From assembly GCA_000934665.2 (NCBI GenBank), contig JYFJ02000721.1:62001-112980 (forward strand): a DNA stretch of 50,980 nucleotides, written 5' to 3'. This stretch comes from Catajapyx aquilonaris (taxonomy: Eukaryota). A program made the translations under genes and the position numbers. This document shows, in pieces, positions 36,425 through 50,885 of the stretch (positions within the stretch are counted from its first letter, which is position 1; each line of letters starts with the position of its first letter). A model generated the notes under the pieces. It was not told the origin of the DNA, searched no databases, and was given only the letters and a program-made list of their open reading frames with translations.

Positions 36425-39400
36425 TGGGGAGTTGTGGAGGCGAAAACAATAAGCCCCTCTCTATTAATCATCCATTACAGGGGCAATTTGTGGCTGTGGT
36501 ACTTGCATGCTGATGGGCTTTAGAGTCGTGATCTTTATGGTAATTGCCTGGGCTATTGCGTGGGTTTCAGCTCAATAGGTTGGGTTCTTGAAAAGTTGAA
36601 AGGGCCACATTTCTGCCGACCTTAGACAAAAAGGCGTAACTGCAATTTATGCAATAGAGTCGAGTATTTCTTGCCAGGCTCAATCAAATTACTGATTTAG
36701 TATAGCATAAATCTCTAAAATGGATAAAAATTAAAGAGTCCAAAGAGCAAAGCTCGATCGTAGGCTACTGCATATTCTAGTTGCATAATTTTTCCAAAGG
36801 GCTCCTGCGGTATCGAAGTTCCCTAGGCCAATATATTAATTTGCAAAGAATGGTTTTGTCCCTTTTTTATTGGGACTGCAAGTATAGTCGTGAGAAATCT
36901 ACAGAACTCTAATATTATAAGGAATTTGGTCTAATCTGTCTATCATTGTATTGTATACCTACAGCTAGTACATTCTTCCTTCCGGCTGAATATTTATTAG
37001 AACATTTATTAGGGTCGCTCTGTATTGTTGTAGAAACGTTGGGTAGGCTCTCTCGGTTCGCCACCTTGAATCACAGTCATCCTTAGAATCACAGATGGGA
37101 ACAGTATTTTCAAATTGCGCTACTGATAAGTTAGCAGTAACTAGCAGTGGGACGAAAATTCCACCCAATGTATTATATGAAGAAGTCAAATCTCTTCTCA
37201 TTTCAGCACATCGATATGAAAGTTATTTTGGGTTTGCGTGGGGATATCAGCAGTAGTAAGAACTACGCAAGTAATCTGATCTATAAGAGCTAAAGAATAA
37301 TTGCACATTCAATAAATTGTCAAAACAAAATAATATAACCTTGGACAACCATGGACAACCCACAAAAATTAAAATCTTGGGAAACGTGACAATGTGTGCA
37401 ATATGTTAAGAGCCATTACGTTTCCTAATCATACGTAAGTACCCTGCGACCTAACCCTCAAGGTAATAATTATGCTCATTATCGGAGTAATAATATGCTC
37501 AGATATACCGTATTCCTTTGCTTTCTGTCTCTTCATAAGCTTTTAACCATCGATAAATGACAGAGCCATTTGGCCTTTTTGGAATGCACCTCCTAAAATA
37601 AAAATAACAGGCCAGTGTCAGATCGCGTCAGAAGTGACCATGCCATAAAAAGACTAAAATTTGATTATATTGATTACTAACGTAAAAGGTAAACGTGCGC
37701 TTCGTTGAGAATGCTTTTATGCGTCAATATTGTGCTGGCTTTTTTTATTAACTGGGGCGTCAGATGCGGGTTCCGCATATGAGACCTTTTTTGCCAAATG
37801 GGTCAATTGCAAATTGTTTCGCATGCCGGATTCCAACTACAGAAGTATGGTGTGTGACTAAAGCCTGGAAATAAATAAACCCATTTTTTTAAAAAAAATG
37901 TCTCTACTTGACATGGACTAAGGTTGCTTCTGGCCTTGCAATCTCAAGGTCTTAATCCAGTTATTCATATTCAAATACGAGAATCCTTTTAAGTCTTCGC
38001 CGTTAACAGCTTATTATCTTCCATTCGTATGCATGCAAATACCTCTCGGTCGTAATCAAGGCTTTAAAATCCTGGCCACTTAATTCAGCCGATGAGTTGG
38101 CGTCGTGTAAGGACGCGTCTGTGCGTAATATTCTACTAATAATTTTTTTTAGTAAATTACTTAATGTTACATGGTTGTACATTTTGGTATAGCTTCGATT
38201 GACCTGTCCAAACTTGCTGGTTATTGCCAGCCAAATAATTCCTGTCATAAACAGACCAACAGTCATTGCATAATACATAACATTGAATTAATTTGTTTAA
38301 CATTCAGCTGACATGGTTTTAGGCCTTGCCAGGGGGATAAAATTCATGTTTTATCTGAACTGGAACATTGCTGTCCAAGTATATTCTTACGAAAAATAAT
38401 GTGAAACAGGAAACTGTTTACCTCAAAATCTCGGTGAGCGACAATTCCATGCAACCGGATTCATCGCCGGTGTAACAGTGAAAAGGTCAATCAATTCATG
38501 TCGCAACAAATCTATATACCATCCGGCGGCAGAAGTTTTTACTAACACTGATATGTCACCGCAAAGTTTGTTCACGTGTCTCTCATAGATATATCATATA
38601 GGTGGGAGGAATGCTTGTTTATACATCAAAACCTGAAAAATTATTCAGAGTCACAAACAATTTTTTTTTTCAATTTACTCGTTCGTTACATGTGACTGAG
38701 TGATGTCAGAATTTTGTGGCCGAATGATTGTGTAATAAGCCTTATAGTACGTAGTTTATTTGATTACATAAGACGCCAACAACTCATATAGAAACGCATA
38801 TAATGGGCCCAATATATTGCAGTTGAGATAAATTATTTCAAGACTGTTATAAAAGTGTTGACTTAGTTGAAATGCTTTTCACAGACTACTTAATTTGTTG
38901 TCCATTCGAAATCCTTTTGGGGACAGGTTACATTTAAAAATATCTCTATTTATCTAGACCTGACATTTGCAAAGTGCATCACTGCACTGTAATGCGACGC
39001 ATAAGCGGGATCCCAAAATCATGTGCAAGGTTTAAAATATAGTTAAGCGAGATAATTTACAGCCGAAAATCTGCGTGGAGAATCCTGGAATTTTATTGAC
39101 CGTGTGTATATGTTCACATTTATTACATACACTATAAATACGGATCAATACACAATATTTTCGGATGTTTCCTGCTTCAGAATAGACACAGTTTTTAACA
39201 CAACATTTCCCATAAAATCTTATGTGGGAGTATAGGTAAAGATGAACTCACCAAAATCAACGAGGGCAACTATTTTGACTATTAAGACCGTACTACGCAC
39301 CTTTCTACTGCTCTGAATGCAGCATGTCGACAATACAAAAGATTCTTACGAACTAAACATTCTTAATTTTTTGCTAAGCCTCCTCCATCATCCTTTGTTT

Positions 39401-42400
39401 GTGACTTTGACATCATTTTTTTTTGCTCTTTCCTCTCTATTGCATCTCTGTGTTCTGTGTATACACTATATCATTAATACCTTACATAAGTTAATTAAAT
39501 TCTGTTTTGTCTCCTGCTTACGATCCTACTATACTGCATTGTTGTGTGTTCTACAGAAACTCGCGAGATCAGTAGACTATAAGCATATATACACAGTGAA
39601 AGCTTCCCCCTGTATATAATATTATTTTGTCCTCGATTTTTATGCAAATTTAGTTTGGGAAAACTTGTAGTTATGCAAATTAAGAATGCCTGTTGATCCC
39701 ATTGTTTTGCTTCTGATTGTCTTAATAATATTTCTGATATCGAAACTACTTATAGTGCAGGTGTAACTGGATAGTGAATCGATATGGTACATTTTTACAT
39801 GATAGTATATATCAAAATACTTGTCCTGTCTGGACTCTTCACTTGAAAATAAAACATTTTAAAATTCCATCACAAGTCATCAGTGTTTTACTTCGGTCCA
39901 TATATTTTTTAAATAAGACTTAAATTTCTTTCATGCATTTTATTTGCCATTTTTGTGCATAAATTATTGCACGGTGACGTCAGAATGGCATAGTAATATT
40001 TTTACATCATCAAGCAGGACCACGGATATTTTAACGGCATTGAAAATTACACGGAAGAGGATTATTGGAGATGTGTCATTTATTATCCTATTATCTTATC
40101 TCACTCGTCAGTGAGGAAAAAAAAGCTGCTTTTCTCTGCCAGCAGGGACTATAATGTTTACGAATTGCACGATCCCTAATTGGCCAGAGATGAACACAAG
40201 CATAGTGCCATAAAGTTCAACATCGACCCACTTTTTTCAGTGTGTTAGTGTTTAAAGGAAATACAGTGCTGCTTTTGTGATTTTAAAAATTGATGCCATG
40301 TCACACGTTTTGTACAGTCATACCATGGATGTATAGTAGTATAGAGTATTGACAGTTTGTGCAAATATGACCTATAATATTATTCTCATTGCACTGCAAA
40401 AATGCGACTTCCCGCAGTTTCGCATGTTATGAAATGCGAACCAATACATATTGGCATGAAATCGTTTGCCAATTTTGCTTCGGTTGCAACATGTTGCAAC
40501 ATGTTACAAGAAAAAATAATATTCCGTGATACTTTTTTTCCCCTTGAGCTGACAAGACCGCACAACATACTTTTGCGCTACTCTGGTATATAACATCCTA
40601 TACATCATATTTAATATAAGGTCAGACCCCCCGTCGTGTACAGCAATGGCGTTATTCGAATATCAATTTCCGGTCGACTCTTCACTTTCTCAGAATATAC
40701 TCTGCGCTTGTGTTCTCTTACTGCTGGGGGGAGCCAAGGTAATCAAATCTCGAATTTTGAAAGGCTGTTCTATAGGTCAACCCCCTCTTCTTTCTTACTC
40801 AAGTTTCATTTTTGGCACTAAAAATATAGTATCTATTTTTTTGCATGAAAATCAGCATTTGCGAGCAGTCATCAGAAGAGATACGTCACATTAACTTCCT
40901 ATTTAAAGATCGCACAAGGCCTATATATAGGAAATGTTTCGTCAACCAAAAGGCTGTTTCTTTGAGGTTAAAGTCCTTTAGAGCTCTCATCCAATGGCCA
41001 ACTTTTCCTATGACTACTGAAGAGGATAGTATTCTAAAAGAAAGTTCATGACATCTTAAAACTCAAAGAAAATATGGCAAAAAATAACCGTCACAGAAAT
41101 ATGCAGCAGGTAGGAAAAAATGCATTACATTTTGGGGGTGAATATACTCCCTTCACTTACCTTAACGCAATGTAAATTGCGATAACTTATATTAAACTGA
41201 ATTTATTAGCAGTTATGGGACGACATCAAAAGTGAAACTACAGTAGTATAGGTAGACAGCATACAGAAAAGCACGACGTCCTTCGTCAAGTATTTCTTTT
41301 TGCAATATCAGCTTAGACAATTTTACCTCGATGAATGCTAAAAGTACTCGTATATAGGTACTTGTCAAAATTGAAACCTAATCTTCGCATAAATAAGATG
41401 CCTTAAAAGTCGAAGCACTTCTTTCAGCGAATATTTCAATTTGATGCAACCTAATGCGATTAGGTTTACTCTAAAATCAGGAAAAAAGGCAATCGTATCC
41501 AACAGCAAAATTAATATTAAGTTTTTGTGGACTTTTCAAATATGTCATATACCGTAGCCTACTGCAGGTCGATAATAAGGGAACTCCTCTTCCTATATTA
41601 ATTTGTCATGGAAACCAGCGGCCATGGTATATATTGCCAGTGTAGTCCCCCTCTCTTATTGCCCATTACCTTTTTTTCTCACTTGATAATTACTGAGGAA
41701 GTAACATAGGACACGTACAGTACAGTACCGTATGTGTATATTACGGCATGCAAAGCAATTCAAAGTTTATTGCACTGGTACTGAACTATTTGCAGCTTCA
41801 TCAAATATTTATCCATCCAGTAAAATTAATATTATACTACATTGAATTATATTGAATGCAGGTTGAATAACAGTCATTGAACTGAATGTAACATAATACG
41901 GCAGTGCAATTGACTTGAATCGACAGAGTTGTCCAAATAATTGAGTCAATTATGCAATTATTAATAATAATCAAACTGCACCAATTATTGAATTATTTCC
42001 ATCACTTGTCCTGTTGTTAACTGTGTACTGTTCTTCCTTCTTACTATAACATAGTACAATAAAATTCCCGTTGTTACAAGTAGATGTCAGGTATGGCAAC
42101 GCGAAAATTTCGCACAGAAGGTAGAACTTCGCCAAAATTTAACAGATGGCAGAAACATCGTACAAACCCTCGCAGATCGATACGCCCGTATTAGATCCCC
42201 CCTTTCTCTATAGCTCTGAGCTCACAATAACGAAGCATTTAATTCACTCAATAATTCCCCCCCCCCCTCCCCCGCATTACCTTAATTTCTCATGCAAATT
42301 GATATCCCATCCCCATGTCCTTGTGAAACGCCTTGTTCAAAATGAACTCTCCAGATTCCCATATCAGGAAATGGATATAGTTCAAGAGGATGATCTTTCC

Positions 42401-43794
42401 CCTGTGCCATCAGCTGCATTTGACAATTTTCCGATACATCTCCCGGATTATTTCCGTGGGAAAATCCATGCTTCGTTATAATATTCAGTTCATAACTTGC
42501 CCTCCAAGTAACCGTTGGGACAATTAATGCGTCGCATAGAATTTGAGAGTGATAGGTGTACAAAGGGCTCGTGTCCCATACAATCTGCCGGATTCCAGTG
42601 GAAAAAAAAGCGGAGGCGACTGAAGAGCACTTTTTTTTTGGACCCATTTTTTTTTTGTGGTCACTAGTTTTTACCTCAGTGGTTGCGTGCCATAATTAAA
42701 GTGCCCGGTGCAGCTGGTCACCCTCGAAAAGCGGGCTCAAAGTGAGTTGTAAATCGCGCTTTTTGGAATTAAAGGTAGGATTATTTTTTTTAGTGAAAAT
42801 TTTATCAATATGAGAGCTGGCGCGAAGGCTAAATTGACACCGCTCGAAAAAATCAACGAATTTTTAATTGCACTATATTTTCCAATGCGCAGCATAATAT
42901 TGATCATATAAATGTATTGTGGGCATACACTCATCGTTTAGACGAATGTTGGAGATTTAGCAACAAAAAAAAATTGTCGATAAAGTTTTTGAATTTTTCA
43001 GATCTGAGAGCTTGAGAATTTTCAGGTGCGATGGATGGTATACTAAATTAGGAAATTTTTACTCCTGGTGGGCGAAAATCTGTCACCGAAAGTGCCTGAA
43101 CTTTTGAAAATGTTGGAGCAAAACTAATGGCTTCTTTTGGCACAGTTTTTTTCCGGATCGGTAAAACATACGATAAACTACTGATGAAATTGGCAATTTC
43201 AATATTTTTGACTATAAAAAGCATAGTATACAACCTATAGGATGATTATGACGGAATTAAAATGATTTTGACCTTAACCTCGTCGACTTCATTATCGCAG
43301 ACGCCTAAGAGTCGTAAAAAATTTCGCAAAAATTTTCGCGTGGGCGGTGCAAGATGGGCAGGTTGGTCCAACCAGTCGCGAATAATTCGAATTAGTAAAA
43401 GCGGAGATCCGGACGTCGTCGGAAGGTTCACGGCCACAAAATCCGCGAGCATTTCGACGCAACAGCTGGTGTCATTTCTACTCGACGTGATTTTATCCCA
43501 CCCCGGATTGCCAAGTTCTCTGGCCGAATAAACTTCACATCTATTTTGCTGCGTCATTACCAGTTTCTGACAGCAAAAAATATGAGGAGAACAATCTTGG
43601 ATGTCAGAATGTATTACGTCATAAATTTCAATAGTTGGGTCACTCGATCCTAAATTTTTGAGGGGATAATGTCTATCAAAAATTACTTTATTCGCCTAGA
43701 TAGAGTGCTGATAATTTTTCGACATAAAGTTACAAGAGAGTAGCAGTGTCTAATTTATTTTGTTTAATTGCCTGAGGTTGTGCTGATTCGATTT

Positions 43795-44145
43795 TCACGT
43801 ACTGTAAACCTCTTTGCGACGGTATGTGTGGGATGAATGCGTCTTTGTCACTCGGAATTTGTTCTCTTTGATACGTTTCGACTGACTCTTCTGCCGGAGC
43901 TTAAGGTTTGACCTTCTGTGTTTGCACAATCCGCATTCCACGCCTTCATTCACGTGTACAGTACTTCCAAGCAAAATCCTTTTTTCACTACAAGGTTGGA
44001 AGAATTTTTCCGATTTCAATTTTGCGTGGATTCTTTCCCACTGTCCAGGTTTGTTCAGACCTGAAATATTAATTGTTTAAAAACTTATTTTGTTAGCAGG
44101 TACCGGTGGAACTGATTTTTCTATACACTTAAACTTACTGTACAT
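43795..44145 (-). CDS. Putative 2-exon, 90-aa basic protein with a CxxC motif (exons 44145-44139 and 44060-43795)
   Basis: aaaATG TAC A|GTAAGT, a 78-nt intron, then tatttcag|GT CTG open for 87 codons to TGA. Translation: MYSLNKPGQWERIHAKLKSEKFFQPCSEKRILLGSTVHVNEGVECGLCKHRRSNLKLRQKSQSKRIKENKFRVTKTHSSHTYRRKEVYST. Confidence 0.4.
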
Positions 44146-47100
44146 TTTCCACAACTTGCGTGTTGTGCAGCGTAGAAAAGTTTCTTTTCAACTAGAAGGT
44201 GCATGAATAATATTGGATAACTTTTACATAAATTCCTTTAGGGCATCTGTATATACAGCAAGCTCCCTCGTCTGCTTCTCTGAAAACGTAACACTCGCAC
44301 AATCTTCTCCGTGTAATAAAACCTTGCTTGAACATGACCTTTAAAATGCTGTGAACTCCTTTACTTTTACGATAACAAATAATAATAGTGTCAATTACAT
44401 TCACTCTGTAAAAATGAGAACGTATAGTCATGTAAGTTACTGTACACGAGAAATTTACGAAGTTGTATTATGAAATTGCGAAATAATTGTTCCAACAGTT
44501 TTGCAACTAATATTTTCGTATCATTACAAGTTCAACATTGCAATTCCAGACTGTGTATAACTGTACTTTTCTGACGCACATCTTCCCGCATCGTACTGTA
44601 TACTAAAGTGTTGGGTGTTATGTACTCAACATGCCCGTACGTATAACAGGCTGCTAACACATCACCGTAACAAACGCTTTGTTTATCCTGTAGCAGTTCA
44701 CGGTCACCGGAACGACTCTTCCGTTATTTGCAAGGATAATCGGACAGGCAGGATTATATACCCCTCCGGTTTATCCGGGCTTCTCACAGCAAGGGCCCGT
44801 ACAATTTTGCTCGTGTTTGAAGAGGAGGCTAACTTTCATCATGTCGCTTTTTACTGTGGGTATGCTAATGGTTGTCTCCTTTACAAAACAGGTAGGCAGC
44901 AAAATTATGTATTACATGCAAGCAGATAATGCTGTTGTTATTGATGCAAATTGAGTATTTTTTTTTCTAAACATTTGGTGTCGTATTCAGCCTTTTAGCT
45001 CTCATATTCCCTGGATATGGCTGCTAATTTTTCATGGGCGGGCTTATGAAATTTTGCAACTCTTCGGAAGCTGTTAATTATTGAAAGACTTAAATGCAAC
45101 GTTTGGGCACTTCCCATTGATTTCATTTGTGGTGTTCCCACATATCTGCCTCCGACGCGACGTTCCCCAAAGGCAAAAACTATAGTTCTGTTGCAAATTT
45201 TTAGCTGCTTAAACCATCACAGTCATATGTATACTTTATTATCCTTTATTACTGGTACTTTCCCAATGTATTTCGCATACTAGTGTCCATCGCATCATAG
45301 TGACCTTGGCCTTAAATCAGAAGACAGTCCATTAGCAGAATTCCCATCTGGATCTATAGACCGAAAGTGGACTGGACATCCGGACTCTGTCTCCGGAACT
45401 AATTTGATTCCAGTTCCCTACAGATGAAAGGGTGCTTCCCAATCTGTTCATGGAAAGTCAGACGAGGTTGAATAACATGGGCCTGTTTTGTGCGAGCCCA
45501 AATATGCAAAAAAATTCGGCCATAATTCGCTTGCCAATACCCCCGCTGCTTACAATGAGTGTGCCTTTAATAAAAAATTCGGAGTTACTGATTTCAGCAG
45601 CGAGGCATTATCCGAAGCTCCTGTAATTGAAACCAACTTATGGCGAGATTGGCAAATTTACTCACGACGGAGCAGTGTTGGTGTAGCTGTTTCAATCAAG
45701 GCCACACTCTGATTATAGGTGATTAGAGACAAAGGTTGTTTCGGTCTAATAAGGTAGTCGTAATCCAGTCGAAACAGGGCGCTAATTAGTCATGGTCTGA
45801 CGATGAAAAAACGCCGCGTTATGTCAGCTGGTGTGCATGAAAAATATTGCAAATTATAGCACATGTTGCATGAAATCAAATTAAGGAAAATCTACAATTA
45901 TAATTATGACAATACATAATCCGAGATTTCCTTTCTAATTTGTGTTGATTATTTTGGTTAACCTTAAAGTAATTTACAATTACGCATAGTACACAGTGAT
46001 CAACATTTACTGAAACGGAGATGATCAGTACATGATGTAATTTATTTCATTAAATTTATTCAATGTACACCATGATCTGGCTGACTATTTAACCCGAAAA
46101 CTGTTTCCCCAAAAACCTCTAATAGGAGTTTGGCCTCAATAAAAGGGATTGAAAGGCATAGATCACTGTGACATCCGCACAGATCCCTTGATAAGCCGAA
46201 AAGTACCAGTACTTGATCATACTAATTACTCAAAATGAGCTTTTGATGAAAGGCCATCTATGCAAATGTTTTTACCTGAGTTATTGTTGATTCCGTTCAA
46301 AAGAACTGATAGGTTTTTCAGGGTCAAAATTAGACTAATAGCTATCGCAGTGATTAATTATCAATCAAATCCGCCTCTTTTTATATTTGAAATCGACGCC
46401 TCGATTGGCAAGTCGAAATCCGTCGTCATCATTATCACAGTTCGATTTTCCTCCAATCCCAATCTCATTTTGCGCCCAGGAAATGGAGTAGAGGAGTCTG
46501 CCGAACCGAAATCGCAAAAAAATTGCATAAAATGCGCTCTTCTTTTTTTGTGTGTCCTATACCCTTTTCCCCCCGATAAATGATCACAACAACCTGATGA
46601 ACGTTCAACTTTAAGCGATGATCCAACTCGCGAATCTTGTTATCACAAATTCAGTTTCATTTCAGGTCTAGCTTTTGCATAAGTCGCATTTCATTTGGAA
46701 TTGAAGTGCAAGGGTGTCTTCAACAGTATTGAATTACATTGTCATTATTATGGAGTCGTATTAAGTGAAATGAGTTTTTTTTTTTTTGGTAAGATCAATC
46801 CAAAAAATGTAAGCACACTTTTAGACTGAGCTTCTTTGCTGTATGTGGTCCTATTTTTCATGCTTTCAGTTAGGTTCTGAGATCCTTTCGAGACACTTGA
46901 CACTTTTATTTGAAAACGAATGGTATAAGTCCGATACCCCCGACTGACCAAGAATGTGATTTATAGTATTTTCCAGCACCAGCAGAAAGTTTTAGCCATC
47001 AGCTGTCTTCTTAAAAACATGGGTTCAATTTTATAGCGTATAGTGAAAAGTTCTGACCTCGATTTCAAAATCTATTCAAAGCAATGAGTATGTTAGTCTT

Positions 47101-48912
47101 AAAACTTGCTTTGTGCATGACGTAAGCAGTTGTTGCTATCGGTTGCAATTTTTTTTCCATTACTGGTTTCATTTCCTGACATATGATCGTTCAGCTAACG
47201 AGTTATTCCAAACTGATGCAACAGATTACAAGAACTTATAGATTATGTCTCAACTTTCGCTGTGTATAACAAACGACCTCGTTGATTATTTTAAGCTAGA
47301 TGTTAAGAGGCGCCTTAATTTAAACACTTGCTGAAATTGTTCAGACTGGTTACTGTAATTCACGTCACACCATTTTTTACCGTATTCATATTTCATGCGG
47401 TGCTCTCAGAATGTAAAGCCTGGCTAAAATCCTGAAAATGCAAATTTGCGGGCAGATTTCAATCGGCAGTGAATATTGCATGAGAAAAGCATATGGCGAT
47501 AGTAGCGATTGACGTCCGTTCAAGCCCGAAATTTAACCAGAAAAAAATATTACGGAGTGTAAAAGGAAGGCGGGATCTGGCCGTTTGATATAGGTGTAAT
47601 CAATTACACAGCTTTAGTTTAGATCAGTGATTTTTTTTTTAAACACGGGGGCGGCAGATAAACGAAAGGCTGATAACTTTTTTTTCTTCTGAATTTAAAA
47701 AAAAGGTAACCTCGCCTTTTCCTTTGCCAAGAAATGGTTTTCCTGGAAGCTCTCTCCTAAGACATTGAGATCAAAGAGATGGATCAAACGTCACGCTTGT
47801 GACAAAGACGAGCACCCATTTTCGATCCAGATGGCAAGCCTTAGGCCAAATTGGGAGTCAAGTGTATATGACGAATCGTCTGTTCTGTTGATACGAGTAA
47901 TTGGATATTATCTCGGTTTTTTTTTAAATAAATTTGCGGCGAAATCGGTTTTTTTTTGTGTGTACGCGAATTTGCGGAGAGTCTTCCTTTGGAAGCAAAT
48001 AAAGGAATTGAGTGTTTTTTTTCTTACGGAGATAAAATCTAGTGGGTGAGAAACCTTAATCACGGTGAATCTCATTGATTGCATCTTGTCGAGCTTCCGA
48101 ATTGAGACTTTAGTGTTTCCAGACGTGTCCCAGAGGAGAAGTTTACGGTCCATTACAAGGCTTCTGCAACACTTCGAACGAAAACGGATTGGCTTCTTTA
48201 ATAGTGCGGCTCAAATCCAAATCTTATTAATTGTGTTGCCCGCACCACTGGAGAAGTTTCTGAAAAAAATATTGTTTTAACATTTTTGCGTGCAGGATCT
48301 ATCGAATATTTTGGTATACCAAGTAAAGTGATTATACGATTTTGGTGCTGGACCAAAAATGATGTTTGGGAAGGTTAAAATGGGATTTACTCTGAACGGG
48401 GACGTTTCAGGAGTAAGAAAATGTCATTTTCCTACCAGAAATTCAAAAACCTTTGACCCTGCTGTGCTATTTCTGTCTCGAAGAGTTCGTCTTAGAAAAT
48501 TGCTTGATAACATTTTTTGTTGACAAAAAAATATGCAAATATTAAGTATACGCCATTCAATCGAGCGATATGGTATACAGTTCTCTTACAAGGCTGCAAA
48601 GATATAAAATGATAATAATGTTTCCTTTTTGATGCAAGTATGTTACAACTGTGAATATTCTCTCTGTGATCTTTTCCCTTTGTGCGCTATAACTATATAA
48701 GACTAACAGTATATTAATTTTTTTCCGAATTTCTTCCATGCCTTTGATCCTATTTTCATCTGCGTATTCATCCCTCTACATGCTGACTATTTTTACTCAC
48801 ACTGTGCTGACAATGCGAAGTATAATTTTCCTGGTAATTTATTTTTTGGGGGGTCATACGCATGTTTACGCATGGACTACATACCTGTAATTGATACAGA
48901 TAATACTGTAAG

Positions 48913-49495
48913 TAGAGAACGGATTTCTAGGTTTTGTCCTACTTTTTATTCTCCAGTAAAAACACCGATACCAAAGTATCTATCCGTTTCATCATAACAC
49001 AAGGAGCTCACAGATCGTAGTTTGATAGAAACTGAAATTGCCTATTTTGAACATTGGGACCTACATGGCATATTAGCGCCTATTTGCACCTATTTCCGCC
49101 TTTTTTATGCTGCTTTTTGAATGGAAGATTTTCTGAGAATTTTGCGGGGTTTCCGTTCAAGAAATCCCCCTCCCACTTCAACCTGTGAAGGTCGAAGAAT
49201 CCGTAAGTATGCCAGACGTAGAAGACATTTGACTTTTTCATATGATCCAGTTAAATGTCATTTTCAGTGTATAAAGATATATTTTCAGACAGCCGATTAA
49301 TTGCCATTAACCAATGACAATATGGAACAACTGTTACTTTATTACTGTGCTACAAAATTCCATGGCAAATCGAGTGCGTTGTAATATTGCATATAGGAAT
49401 AGGACCTGCTTGATTTTTAGTGCCTATTTTTAATAGCCTATTTTGACTGGCCGTTTTCAGGGCCTAAATGCCTACCTATTTGAGGGTTTTTAATA
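48913..49495. repeat. Possible degenerate DNA-transposon relic with clustered (G)CCTA(T/A)(T/A)T motifs near both ends
   Basis: Starts tagagaacggatttctagg. gcctattt/cctattt/gcctaaat recur at about 49040-49095 and 49421-49481. The ends are not convincingly paired. Confidence 0.3.
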
Positions 49496-50885
49496 ACCTG
49501 AAAATCAGTTCTTTAATAATTAAGCAATGAAAGTCTGTTTTACACTGGTACATTTTTTTCTGCACTTGCACTATTTACTCCAAACTGGTAACTGCATTAA
49601 TTCGCACGACTCTCCCGACGTACACTCTCCCAAAAGTTTGATGTCCAGTACTTTCAACGCAAATGTACACAATTCCTCAGATCCGCCCCTCAAAAAAAAC
49701 TATACAGAATAGAAAACGACCGTCTTGAAAGACGTCTTTGTCCGCCAACTTCAATTTGGCGACTGTATAACGACGCTTGAGAACGCCGTAATCACACTTT
49801 CCTTTTCCCAAATCTGTCTTTACAATGCTACGGCGAGCCCCTTCAAATGTTTGTTCGTCACTCCAGGCCTTAACAATCTCTGTGCAGTTTCCCTGCTGTA
49901 CACACCCCTCAGAATGAACCACGTCTTCCTACTCCTTTCCTTGATCTCTCTTGAAGCTGCTGCCCCCAGGAAACCAAGGGCCGTCGAGCTTTCTGGGACA
50001 CTTGTTTGACTTGCTTGGGTTAACTCGAGGCTTGTGTGTTCTACACCAAAGTAACTGTGAACGACTATTTTCTGCGGAATAAGCGGAAGGCCCCTTGTTT
50101 ACTATAATGTCATCCGACGATCCGTTTTCGCTTCAAAGAGTGTTGCGTGGGTATTATAAACGTGCTGGGGACAAAGGTGAAGGTGGGCAGCCGGAAAATT
50201 CGGTTTCAGTTCATGTGGGCGACTCTCTTGGAATTGATGACAATCAACCAATTAAATCTGCATGAAGCATAAGCAATGTCGAGCTATAGCATAGGATTTT
50301 ATTTTTAAAATAATAAAAACTTATAGTGCACATCCTAACCTATAGCTGCCCTCATATTAACACTTTGCCACCAGTACTTCAAGCCGTAAATGAGGCCTCG
50401 TAATTTATGGACCGCCATTAGTGGAGCGCAAAAATGAAGTGAATAAAATGGGCTTGAGGTTTTGGCTTATTACCAGCAGGTGATGACATTATGTCTCACG
50501 CTGTAATTTTATCTTCTGCATAGTTTAACTTGTCTTTCCTGAGAGACAATATGCTCCAAAGTCGCGCCTATTTTAATGTCTGCTAATTGTTTCGTTATTA
50601 TAGAAGCAGATTTTATGCCCAGCAATTGTACTTCCTAATTTTCACTAAACTTTGTAATTTTAGTAATGTTTTGGTAAAATTTCTTGGGTAGTCGACTTCT
50701 GACCTCTCTCCTGCAACCCTGTCTCAGCAAGAAAGTATCACACGAAAGTAAGGGATGAGTGATATCCCACAGGCACTTTTTTATAGACCTTCTTATTGAC
50801 CGAAGAAAGCAATATGCTTTTATCTCTCGAGTCCGCCCGCAGCCCTTTATTTTATAAAAACCCTGCATGTATGATTTATAAGTTA

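Noticed and set aside
42146..42647. Overlapping 111-aa and 121-aa ORFs in a GC-richer patch with a minus-strand donor at about 42280
   Set aside because: The frames contain stops or run through homopolymers, and no consistent exon model or recognisable domain could be built.
49950..49985. Minus-strand frame ALGFLGAAAS resembling a lentiviral gp41 fusion peptide
   Set aside because: A short low-complexity match with no preceding furin site, heptad repeat or retroviral context.
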